Positions 49,655-57,228 of a DNA stretch of 64,000 nt are shown in pieces. The notes beneath the pieces were generated by a model. It was not told where the DNA came from, made no database searches, and was given only the letters and a program-made list of their open reading frames with translations. The stretch's first letter is position 1. Every line of letters begins with the position of its first letter. The translations under genes were made by a program, and so were the position numbers. Origin of the DNA: Verrucomicrobiia bacterium. Its GTDB lineage: Bacteria; Acidobacteriota; Polarisedimenticolia; Gp22-AA2. The stretch is from NCBI GenBank assembly GCA_035638075.1, contig DASRAU010000039.1, positions 7,010 through 71,009 of the forward strand. Reading direction: 5' to 3'.

Positions 49655-50404
49655 ATGCGAAAGCTGATGTTCGTACCCGCTCTCCTGGTGGCCGGGCTGC
49701 TGGCCGCGCCGCTGGTCACGGCCAACGACAAAGACAAGACGTATGAGGAGAAGGACAAGAAAGAGGTGAAGGTGTCGGCCGAGGACAAGCAGAAGGCCGA
49801 GGCGCGTCTCACGGAGGCCGAAGAGGTCCTGAAGGCTTCGGTGACGGCTCCCGATCAGGGGATTCCGAAGAACCTGCTCGAGAGGGCCGAGTGCGTCGGC
49901 GTGTTCCCCGGCGTGAAGAAGGGCGCTCTCATCGTCGGCGGCGCCGGCGGCAAGGGCGTCTTCACCTGCAAGAACGGCAACGGGATGACCGGGCCGGCCT
50001 TCTTCAAGATCGGCGGCCCCAGCATCGGCTGGCAGGCCGGCGTCGAGTCGGCCGACCTCGTCCTGCTGATCATGAACAAGGAAGGGATCGACAAGCTCCT
50101 GACCGACAAGTTCAAGATCGGCGCGGATGCGACGGCCGCTGCGGGCCCGGTGGGCCGCAACACCCAGGCTTCCACCGACGCGCTGCTGCACTCGCAGATC
50201 CTGTCCTGGTCGCGCACGCGCGGCCTGTTCGCGGGCATCTCCCTCGAGGGGATGGTCATGACGCAGGACAAGGAGGACAACGCGTCCATCTACGGCAAGG
50301 CGGTCGAGGCGCGTGAGATCCTGACCACCGACACGCTGCAGGTCCCTCAAGTCGCCAAGTCGTTCGTGAAGACCACGGAGCAGTACGTCCGGCCGGTGTC
50401 GTGA
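49655..50404 (+). CDS. Ysc84 / DUF500 (SH3YL1-like lipid-binding) domain exported protein, paralog 1
   Basis: RBS AAAGGAG. Signal peptide. Conserved CVGVFPGVKKGALIVGGAGGKGVF...GPVG...SWSRTRGLFAGISLEG blocks of the Ysc84 family. Confidence 0.8.
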   Translation: MRKLMFVPALLVAGLLAAPLVTANDKDKTYEEKDKKEVKVSAEDKQKAEARLTEAEEVLKASVTAPDQGIPKNLLERAECVGVFPGVKKGALIVGGAGGKGVFTCKNGNGMTGPAFFKIGGPSIGWQAGVESADLVLLIMNKEGIDKLLTDKFKIGADATAAAGPVGRNTQASTDALLHSQILSWSRTRGLFAGISLEGMVMTQDKEDNASIYGKAVEAREILTTDTLQVPQVAKSFVKTTEQYVRPVS

Positions 50405-50440
50405 AGCTCTGAAGCTCACGACGACCGGCTGGATTCAGGA

Positions 50441-50466
50441 GCGGCCCGCCCTTCGGGGCGGGCCGC
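50441..50466 (+). terminator. Hairpin terminator candidate (11-bp GC stem, TTCG loop) followed by a T-containing tract
   Basis: GCGGCCCGCCC-TTCG-GGGCGGGCCGC, 37 nt after the Ysc84 stop. The same stem sequence recurs after the paralog at 53781. Confidence 0.5.
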
Positions 50467-50509
50467 GACCTTTCTGGCGGCCTCCGGGTGAGGTGCCGAC
50501 GATGTCCGC

Positions 50510-50707
50510 TCAGCGGCCGAAGAACTGGATGAGATTGCCGGCGTTGTCGCGGATGGCGAAGTTGGCGCGCTGATTCCCCTTCGCCGGAAATGGTCCGAAG
50601 GCGAGCGGGACACCCCGCTCGCGCAGCTTCGCGAGCGCCGCGTCGAAATCGGACACGATCACACCCGACCTCCGGATTCTCACTCGGCACGTCGGCCGAG
50701 GGACCAC
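50510..50707 (-). pseudogene. Isolated C-terminal half-module of a VOC/glyoxalase domain (probable gene remnant)
   Basis: 65-aa ORF GVIVSDFDAALAKLRERGVPLAFGPFPAKGNQRANFAIRDNAGNLIQFF is a single beta-alpha-beta-beta-beta module. There is no room upstream for the first module, because the DUF2442 stop lies 20 nt away. Confidence 0.4.
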
Positions 50708-50728
50708 CGCGCGGGAGCTTACCGGACC

Positions 50729-50935
50729 TCAGCTGTCGTCGCGCTGGAACTCACGCAGGAACGCGAGCGGGTCCACCGGTGTCAGCGAATCGAGGTCGAT
50801 CTCGGCGTTCAGATCGGGCCAGCGCAGATGGTCCGGGTCGGACAGCTCCACGTTGAGCACCTGGCCCACCGGGGCATTCTGGAGCCAGGGGAAATGCCCG
50901 TAGTCCAGGAAGAACTCCTGGTCGCCCGCCCGCAC
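50729..50935 (-). CDS. DUF2442 family protein (start probably upstream of the annotated GTG)
   Basis: ...VSAEVLQISPDGLKVRAGDQEFFLDYGHFPWLQNAPVGQVLNVELSDPDHLRWPDLNAEIDL matches DUF2442. The conserved N-terminal strand lies upstream of GTG 50935, after an AAGGAGG RBS, with no canonical start in between. Confidence 0.6.
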   Translation of the reverse strand: MRAGDQEFFLDYGHFPWLQNAPVGQVLNVELSDPDHLRWPDLNAEIDLDSLTPVDPLAFLREFQRDDS

Positions 50936-51010
50936 CTTCAGTCCATCCGGTGAGATCTGGAGAACTTCGGCCGAGACGGCTCGCGAAGCCAGGCAGGTCC
51001 TCCTTCCCTC

Positions 51011-51835
51011 TTACCTCTGCAGGCTCGTGCAGAAGGCGCGCAGGCGCTTGTTGAACTCCGGCGCGTCGGTCCAGAACAGGGCGTGCGGGGCGCCCGGCAC
51101 CAGGTCGACCACGGCTTTGGCGATCAGCGCCTTGTGGTCGTCCACGATCGACGGCTTGATCACCGTGTCGGCCGTGCCATGGGTCAGCAGCACCGGCACC
51201 CGCAGCCGCTTCAGGAGACCGTCGTTGTCGATGGCGCGCGCGAACAACCCCTGCCTCACGTAGGACGGGACCGACGCGCTGGCATCGAGCAGGCGGCCCG
51301 CCTCGTCCGCCGACAGGCCCCGCGGGATACAGAGCCGGATGAGCGACTCGAGCGCCACGCGGTTCTCGGCGGCGTTCTCCGAGAAGAAACCCGGGACGAG
51401 CGCGAGGAACTCCGGGCTGATGACCGCCATGGCGGCATCGCTGCCGATCTTGCTGATGCCCCCGACGAACTGCAGGCCGCCGAGGTCGTCATCGCCGTAG
51501 TGGCGGACGTAGTCGAGGGCGACGAGCGGTCCGTAGGACCAGCCCGACAGCACCGGCCGCTTCAACCCCAGCGCCTGGATGACGGCGCGGATGTCGTCCG
51601 CCCACGCCTTCGTGTCGCCGTACGCATCGCGCGGCTTCTCCGAAGCGCCGTGACCGCGCAGGTCGAGAGCGACCAGGCGGTGATCCTTCGCCAGGTCGGA
51701 TTCGAGCTGCCGCGCCCATGCCCCGCCTGACTGGGAGAATCCGTGAATGAAAACGATGGGCTGCGCGGCCGGCTCGCCGGTCTCCACGACATGGAGCTTC
51801 ACGCCGCCGCCGCCCGTGACCTGGTGCTTCTTCAT
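51011..51835 (-). CDS. Alpha/beta-fold hydrolase
   Basis: HGFSQSGGAW (HG oxyanion motif) and GWSYGP (GxSxG nucleophile). Start at MKKHQV. Confidence 0.85.
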   Translation of the reverse strand: MKKHQVTGGGGVKLHVVETGEPAAQPIVFIHGFSQSGGAWARQLESDLAKDHRLVALDLRGHGASEKPRDAYGDTKAWADDIRAVIQALGLKRPVLSGWSYGPLVALDYVRHYGDDDLGGLQFVGGISKIGSDAAMAVISPEFLALVPGFFSENAAENRVALESLIRLCIPRGLSADEAGRLLDASASVPSYVRQGLFARAIDNDGLLKRLRVPVLLTHGTADTVIKPSIVDDHKALIAKAVVDLVPGAPHALFWTDAPEFNKRLRAFCTSLQR

Positions 51836-51898
51836 GGCGCACCTCCAGGACCGAATCCGCGGGATGGGAGGGGGATCCGCCGCCATTCTAGGCGGAGA

Positions 51899-52195
51899 TC
51901 AGGACGTTCTCACCTCGATTCTCTTGGTCCGGCCGGTGGCGCCGGTTTTGATGGTGACGGCCGACTTCGGACAGCGGAAGTGCCCGGCCACGAGGCGGAC
52001 GAGCTCGTCGTTCGCCTTGCCGTCCACGGGCGGCGATTTCACGCGCGCGGTCCAGGTGCCGTCGCTCTCCTGCGTCAGCGACGAAGCGCGCGCGTTCGGT
52101 TTGACCTTCACCTGGAGAATCAAGCGTGGGCATCTTAAGAGAAAAGCCCCGCGCTGGCGGGGCTTCTCTGCGGCTCGCCGGCCGGCCCGGCGCAA
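51899..52195 (-). CDS. DUF167 (YggU/UPF0235) family protein
   Basis: LQVKVKPNARASSL...VKSPPVDGKANDELVRLVAGHFRCPKSAVTIKTGATGRTKRIEV matches the DUF167 pattern (PPxxGKAN...K...V.I..G..SR.K.I). Confidence 0.7.
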   Translation of the reverse strand: MRRAGRRAAEKPRQRGAFLLRCPRLILQVKVKPNARASSLTQESDGTWTARVKSPPVDGKANDELVRLVAGHFRCPKSAVTIKTGATGRTKRIEVRTS

Positions 52196-52210
52196 GCCTG
52201 GCCCGACTGG

Positions 52211-52789
52211 TCAACGACCGGTCGTGGAGCTCATGGGCGGCGTGGTCGGCGCGGTGCTGGGAGGCGTCTGCGACGGCGTCGTGGTCGGCGTGGGCGACGT
52301 CACGGTCGGCGCCGTGTACGGATTGCCGAACAGGCTGAACGGATTCAACAGCGTCGGCGCCGCGAAGATGCTGAAAGGGTTCAGGCTCGCGGGTCCGAGC
52401 AGGCCGAAGATGCCTGCCGCGGACGAGCTGCCGACCGATCCCCCGACGCCCGACTGGCTTCCCATCGTCGAGCCCGGCGAGGAGAAGACCAGGAAGCTGT
52501 TCGGGCTGAGGCCCGTGGTCGATCCACCGACGCCCCCGACCACATAAGGGCTGAAGGGAGACACTCCGGTCGGCATTCCGAAGCCGGTTCCACCGGGAAC
52601 GCCGTTCGGGTTGGTGCCCAGCGGGTTGGCAGGGTTGTACGGCGGCCCGAAGACCGGCGACGTCGGCGACACGGGAGACGTCGGTGACGCTGGAGTCGTC
52701 GGAGACGTGGGAGAGGTCGGCGTCGTCTGCGCGAACGCCACGCTCCCGCACATCACCGACAGGCTCAAGAGCAGGGCTGCTTTTCTCAT
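52211..52789 (-). CDS. Secreted low-complexity Pro/Thr/Ser/Gly-rich protein
   Basis: Signal peptide MRKAALLLSLSVMCGSVAFAQ. TSP/PTSP tripeptide repeats and duplicated NPFS(I/L)F motifs. About 193 aa, the only coherent frame here. Confidence 0.5.
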   Translation of the reverse strand: MRKAALLLSLSVMCGSVAFAQTTPTSPTSPTTPASPTSPVSPTSPVFGPPYNPANPLGTNPNGVPGGTGFGMPTGVSPFSPYVVGGVGGSTTGLSPNSFLVFSSPGSTMGSQSGVGGSVGSSSAAGIFGLLGPASLNPFSIFAAPTLLNPFSLFGNPYTAPTVTSPTPTTTPSQTPPSTAPTTPPMSSTTGR

Positions 52790-52988
52790 GACACACCTCG
52801 ATTCGCATTCACCTCGTGCATGCGACGTGCCATCGAAGACGCGCCCCCGGCCATCCTCACCCGCGCGGACCGATCGGCCGTCGGCCCATGACTGACAGGC
52901 CTTTGCGGGGAACTGGCGATGGAGACACAGCGCCATCCGGCGCACAGTGGCGATGACGAAAGAATCGAACCAAGAAGGGAGTCCACGC

Positions 52989-53738
52989 ATGCGCAAAACG
53001 ATCCGAATCCTTCCCGCTGTTCTCGTCGCCGGCCTGCTCGCCACGCCGGTGATGCTGCGGGCGGGCGACACGCACACGAGCGACGACGGGTACAAGTCCA
53101 GCCAGGCGAGCAAGTCCGCGAAGAAGGACGCCAAGACCGCGGCGAAGCTGTCCGACGCCGAAGCGGTGCTCAAGGCGGCGGCCGAGTCGAAAGACGAAGG
53201 CATTCCGCGCGACCTGCTCGAGAAGGCGAAGTGCGTCGGCGTCTTCCCGAGCTTCAAGAAGGTCGCCCTCGGAGTCGGCGGCGAAGGCGGCAAGGGCGTC
53301 TTCACGTGCCGCACCGACCACGGCATGAGCGGCCCGGCCATCTACAAGATCGGCGGCGGCAGCGTCGGCTGGCAGGCCGGCGTCAAGGAGGCCGACCTGG
53401 TGCTCCTCGTCATGGACGACGAAGCGATGAACAAGCTCCTGAACGACGATCACGTCGAGATCGGCACCGACGTCTCGGCCACGGCCGGTCCGGTCGGGCA
53501 CGATGCGAAGATGACCGACACCCAGTCGAGCGCTCAGCTTCTGGCGTGGTCACGGACGCACGGCGCCTTTGCGGGGGCGTCCCTCGATGGCCTGGGGCTG
53601 AAGCAGGACGACGACGACAACGCGGAGCTCTACAACAAGACCGTCGGGGCCAAGGAAATCCTGACCAGCGACACGGACACCCTTCCGGTGCCGCAGGTGG
53701 CGCAGTCCTTCGTGAAGACGACCGAGCAGTACATGTAG
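52989..53738 (+). CDS. Ysc84 / DUF500 domain exported protein, paralog 2
   Basis: About 60% identical to the gene at 49655 and carries the same conserved blocks. Confidence 0.8.
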   Translation: MRKTIRILPAVLVAGLLATPVMLRAGDTHTSDDGYKSSQASKSAKKDAKTAAKLSDAEAVLKAAAESKDEGIPRDLLEKAKCVGVFPSFKKVALGVGGEGGKGVFTCRTDHGMSGPAIYKIGGGSVGWQAGVKEADLVLLVMDDEAMNKLLNDDHVEIGTDVSATAGPVGHDAKMTDTQSSAQLLAWSRTHGAFAGASLDGLGLKQDDDDNAELYNKTVGAKEILTSDTDTLPVPQVAQSFVKTTEQYM

Positions 53739-53780
53739 CGCGCTGGTACCAGATCGCCTGCTGACGGCTCGGTCACTCGC

Positions 53781-53810
53781 TGCGGCCCGCCCCTCACAAG
53801 GCGGGCCGCA
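53781..53810 (+). terminator. Rho-independent terminator candidate
   Basis: TGCGGCCCGCC-cctcacaa-GGCGGGCCGCA followed by GTTTGTT, 43 nt after the stop at 53738. Confidence 0.55.
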
Positions 53811-53816
53811 GTTTGT

Positions 53817-54416
53817 TCAGCGGGCGGCGTGGCGGGCGAGGCGCAGGTCGAGGTGCTTCTTCACGTCGGGCCACTCGGTCGTCAGGATGCTGTACATGAC
53901 CGAGTCGCGCACCGATCCGTCCGGACGCAACTTGTGGTGCCGCAGCACGCCGTCCCGGCGCGCGCCGAGCGCCTCGATGGCGCGCTGCGACGGGATGTTG
54001 AAGTTATCGGTGCGGAAGCCGACGACCCGGCAGCCGAGCGACTCGAACGCGTGCCCGAGCAGCAGCCGCTTGCACGCCGCGTTCACGTGGGTCCGCTGCC
54101 ACGCGAGCGCGTACCAGGTGTAGCCGATCTCCACCCGGTCGATGGGCGCGTCGATGTCATGGAAACGCGTGCTGCCGACGATCGCGCCCGTCTTCGACTC
54201 GCGCACGGCCCACGGCAGCATGTGCCCGGCCTTTTGTCCCGCCAGCGCTTCGGCGATGTAGGCGCCGGTTTTCTCGCGCGGCGGCACGAAGGTGTAGAAG
54301 AGCTCCCACAGCCGGCCGTCCGCCGCCGCGGCCGCGAGCTCCTCCTCGTGCGACGGGGCCAGCGGCTCGAGCCGCACGCCGTGTCCTTCGAGAGTCACCG
54401 GGGCCGGATGGATCAC
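53817..54416 (-). CDS. GNAT family N-acetyltransferase (RimJ/RimL-like)
   Basis: About 200 aa with an acetyl-CoA binding region RTHVNAACKRLLLGHAFESLGCRVVGFRTD. Confidence 0.8.
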   Translation of the reverse strand: MIHPAPVTLEGHGVRLEPLAPSHEEELAAAAADGRLWELFYTFVPPREKTGAYIAEALAGQKAGHMLPWAVRESKTGAIVGSTRFHDIDAPIDRVEIGYTWYALAWQRTHVNAACKRLLLGHAFESLGCRVVGFRTDNFNIPSQRAIEALGARRDGVLRHHKLRPDGSVRDSVMYSILTTEWPDVKKHLDLRLARHAAR

Positions 54417-54465
54417 CGGCGCATTCTACCGAGTCCCATCGAGCCGGGCCCCGGCGACGCCCCGC

Positions 54466-54963
54466 TCACTTCGCCGCGGTGCGCTTCTGCGGATCGTCGG
54501 CCGGATTGATGTAGGTCAGAGCGAACGGCCCCAGGCCGTGCACCTGCACCACCGTGTCGGTTTTCGCGAACGCATAGTGATGCATCTGGGCGGGCAGCAG
54601 CGCGTAGCCGCCGGCGGCCAGCTCCTTCCCCGTGGCCTTGTCGAACTTGTCGCCCATGCCGAGGCCGAGCGTCCCCTGCAGCACCGTCACGTGCTCGTCG
54701 GTCGGATGCCAGTGAGGCGCGATCTTGTAGCCGGCCGGCATCTTCAGGCGCACGACGAAGATGCCGCTCGCACCGGGATCGCCGGAGACCACGGTGAAGG
54801 ACATCCCCTTCTCGAACACCGGCGGAGGATCGCCCCACTTGAGATCGGCGGGCATGACCATCACGTGCGCCGGCTTCGCCCCCTCCTGGGCGAGAGCCAC
54901 CGCCCCCGCCACGGCGAGGCAGGCCAGAACGACCGCCACACTCCACGAGCCAGGTCTTCGCAT
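54466..54963 (-). CDS. Secreted cupin-fold protein
   Basis: Signal peptide (start at MRRPGSWSVAV). Cupin His ligands HWHPTDEHVTVLQG...HHY. Confidence 0.7.
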   Translation of the reverse strand: MRRPGSWSVAVVLACLAVAGAVALAQEGAKPAHVMVMPADLKWGDPPPVFEKGMSFTVVSGDPGASGIFVVRLKMPAGYKIAPHWHPTDEHVTVLQGTLGLGMGDKFDKATGKELAAGGYALLPAQMHHYAFAKTDTVVQVHGLGPFALTYINPADDPQKRTAAK

Positions 54964-55055
54964 ATCCCACCTCCATGAGAGGAGCGGATTCTGCGACGGG
55001 GAACCGGTTCCTGTCCTTACCCGAGGTGCCGAAGGATTTTGCCCGGCGTCCGGCT

Positions 55056-56276
55056 TCATCGCGCCGGATCGAGCTCGTCGGCGAGCAGGCGCAGGAAGAG
55101 GCCGACGTCGGTGACGATCCCGGAGGCCTGGGCCGAGCCGCGATCGACGAGCTTGGTCACGACCGCCGGGTGGATGTCGACGCACACGGTCCGCACCCAC
55201 GACGGCGTCATGTTGCCGACCCCGATGCCGTGCAGCATCGTCCCGAGGATGAGGACGAGATCGGCGCCTCGCAGGAGCGTGGCATAGCGCTCCTGCGCCT
55301 GCGTCATGTCCATCAGCGTGTCCGGAAGCGGCCCGTCGTCGCGGATCGAGCCCGCCAGCGCCAGATCGACCCGATGGACGATGCAGTCGTGCATCAGCCC
55401 CGACTTCAGGACGCCGCGCTCGACCGCCGCGCCGAGCGACCCGGCCATCCGGATGGCGTTGATGGCGCGCATGTGGTTGCGATGCCCCTCGTCCACCGGG
55501 ATGCCGGTGGCCACGTCCACCCCGAGCGAGGTGTTGAACAGCGCCGCCTCGACGTCGTGCACCCCCAGCGCGTTGCCGGACAGCACCCCCTGGATGTAGC
55601 CGCCGCGCACCAGGCGCCCGAGGTGCCGCGTCCCGCCGGTGTGCACCACCACCGGCCCCGGCACCGCGATGGTGCGGCCGCGACGCGCCCGGATGGCGCG
55701 CATCGCCTCGGCGAGCTGCGCCACCGCCAGCTCGACGCGCCGCTCCGACGAGACCTCGTTGTTCATGAACACGAAGTCCGCCTTCTCGCGCTCGCGAAAC
55801 GGCGGGAAGACCTGCACGCCGGCGAGCCCGGCGACGACCTGGTCGCCCGCCTTCACGTCGCGCAGCTTCACGCAGCGCGCCCGGTCGCCTTCGACCACGA
55901 TGACCGCGTCCATGCGCTGGTCGGCGACGTCGAGGAAGCGCCCGCCGTGGTAGACGCGCGTGCGGTGGTTGGTGGTCGAGTAGAAATCGTCCGGCACCGT
56001 GCCGTCCGCGGCCGACGGCTTCAGCACGATCGCCCGGCTCTCGTCCACCGGATGGCAGCCGAGCGCGGTCAAGTTCTCGAGGATGCGCTCGAGGCGCTCC
56101 GGCTCGGCGGCGCTGACCGTCATCTCGACGCGCGAGAAATCCGACACCGTGCGGCCGATGTCGAAGCGCAGCAGCTCGTACGTGCCGCCGTTCTCGACCA
56201 CGATGGCGAGGAACTTCGACATCAGGCCCGAGTCGATGAGGTGGCCTTCGGCGACCAGACGGCGCGGCTGGCTCAT
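55056..56276 (-). CDS. LOR/SDH-like TIGR00300-family protein (related to archaeal-type ornithine cyclodeaminase / arginine dihydrolase ArgZ N-domain)
   Basis: Start at MSQPRRLVAEGH. MSKFLAIVVENGGTYELLRFDIG...VVVHTGGTRHLG. Family assignment is from memory of TIGR00300 features. Confidence 0.6.
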   Translation of the reverse strand: MSQPRRLVAEGHLIDSGLMSKFLAIVVENGGTYELLRFDIGRTVSDFSRVEMTVSAAEPERLERILENLTALGCHPVDESRAIVLKPSAADGTVPDDFYSTTNHRTRVYHGGRFLDVADQRMDAVIVVEGDRARCVKLRDVKAGDQVVAGLAGVQVFPPFREREKADFVFMNNEVSSERRVELAVAQLAEAMRAIRARRGRTIAVPGPVVVHTGGTRHLGRLVRGGYIQGVLSGNALGVHDVEAALFNTSLGVDVATGIPVDEGHRNHMRAINAIRMAGSLGAAVERGVLKSGLMHDCIVHRVDLALAGSIRDDGPLPDTLMDMTQAQERYATLLRGADLVLILGTMLHGIGVGNMTPSWVRTVCVDIHPAVVTKLVDRGSAQASGIVTDVGLFLRLLADELDPAR

Positions 56277-56332
56277 GGAGGGCGAATCATAACCCGCCGG
56301 CCGTGCCGCGCCGGGGCGGGCGGCGCGCGGTG

Positions 56333-56890
56333 TCAGTCGGCCCGGACGCGGGCCTGGCCGTCGACGATCTCGAAGGTGAACCGGACGTCGATGTAGACCG
56401 GGATCCGGTGGGAATCCACGAGGATGGTGTAGTCGGGCTTCGAGTCGTGGTCGAGATCCTCCCCGGGCTCGATCGTCCGGATGGCGGCGGGCACGAAGAT
56501 CCAGCTCAGGACGGCGTCCACCGCGGCCACCCTGAAATCCGGATCGGCCTGGGCGGCCGGAAGGGCGAGCGGACTGTCCTGGACTTGCCGGACCGCTCCG
56601 TCGGCCTCGACCACGAGGCGCAGGACCAGAACGACCGGCCGGCGCAGGTCCTGGTGATCGGCCGGAAACCGCGGCAGGGGGGTGACGATGGGATGGGGTG
56701 CGACGAAGTCCTGCCCCTCGCGGAGCTGCGGCGACACCCGGGACGGGTCCACGAGGTATTCGGCGCTGATCTGCGCGAGGGATGTCTCGTCCGGCGCGGC
56801 CGCCTTCCGATCCGGGACGCTGGCACATCCCGCCCCCCACACCAGGAACGCGACGACGGGCAGAAGCCGGAAGGGAGACGAGACGGGCAT
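56333..56890 (-). CDS. Hypothetical lipoprotein
   Basis: Lipobox GAGC after a hydrophobic leader. No domain recognised. Confidence 0.5.
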   Translation of the reverse strand: MPVSSPFRLLPVVAFLVWGAGCASVPDRKAAAPDETSLAQISAEYLVDPSRVSPQLREGQDFVAPHPIVTPLPRFPADHQDLRRPVVLVLRLVVEADGAVRQVQDSPLALPAAQADPDFRVAAVDAVLSWIFVPAAIRTIEPGEDLDHDSKPDYTILVDSHRIPVYIDVRFTFEIVDGQARVRAD

Positions 56891-56953
56891 CGCCCCTAAT
56901 CTAGCGGCAACCGCCTGCCCTCTCCCACTTCGAGATGGCGGCCCTGCGTCGCT

Positions 56954-57190
56954 TCAGCCGCGGCCGGCCAGGTAGTTCTTCACCGCGGCCAGCACGGTCT
57001 TCGGGCGGGGGTACAGGTATCGCTTGCCGTCGTAGACATCGTGGCCGTCCACGCTGACCCGGAACTCCCCGATTCCCCCCTTGATCTTCTGCACCCGCCG
57101 GTCGGGTCCTTCGAGCTGGGCCGCCACCCGGGCGGCGATGATCCTCTTGGCAAGTCAGGTGTGACAGTAGTGAACTTCGATGTGCGTCAT
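56954..57190 (-). CDS. SelW/SelT/Rdx-family thiol-redox protein with an in-frame UGA at the CxxU position (putative selenoprotein, 78 codons)
   Basis: Minus-strand translation is MTHIEVHYCHT-(TGA)-LAKRIIAARVAAQLEGPDRRVQKIKGGIGEFRVSVDGHDVYDGKRYLYPRPKTVLAAVKNYLAGRG*. The frame stays open for 66 codons after the TGA. It matches the Rdx fold pattern (beta1-CxxU-alpha1 ... GxFEVxVNGxLVxSK ... FPxP). A hairpin with a GU loop lies 18 nt after the UGA. Not present in the ORF track. Confidence 0.7.
57120..57136 (-). promoter_or_regulatory. Candidate bacterial SECIS-like hairpin downstream of the UGA codon
   Basis: mRNA GCCGCC-CGGGU-GGCGGC: a 6-bp GC stem with a loop containing GU. It starts 18 nt after the UGA at 57155-57157. 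Confidence 0.35.
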
Positions 57191-57228
57191 GCCCGGTATT
57201 CTAGAGGAGCGAAGGTTTCTCCCACCCC

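Noticed and set aside
57155-57157. TGA in the SelW-like frame taken as a genuine stop, giving an 11-aa peptide
   Set aside because: The downstream 66 in-frame codons reproduce the conserved Rdx/SelW fold elements, and the TGA is at the exact Sec/Cys position. A pseudogene cannot be excluded, but an accidental stop is unlikely.
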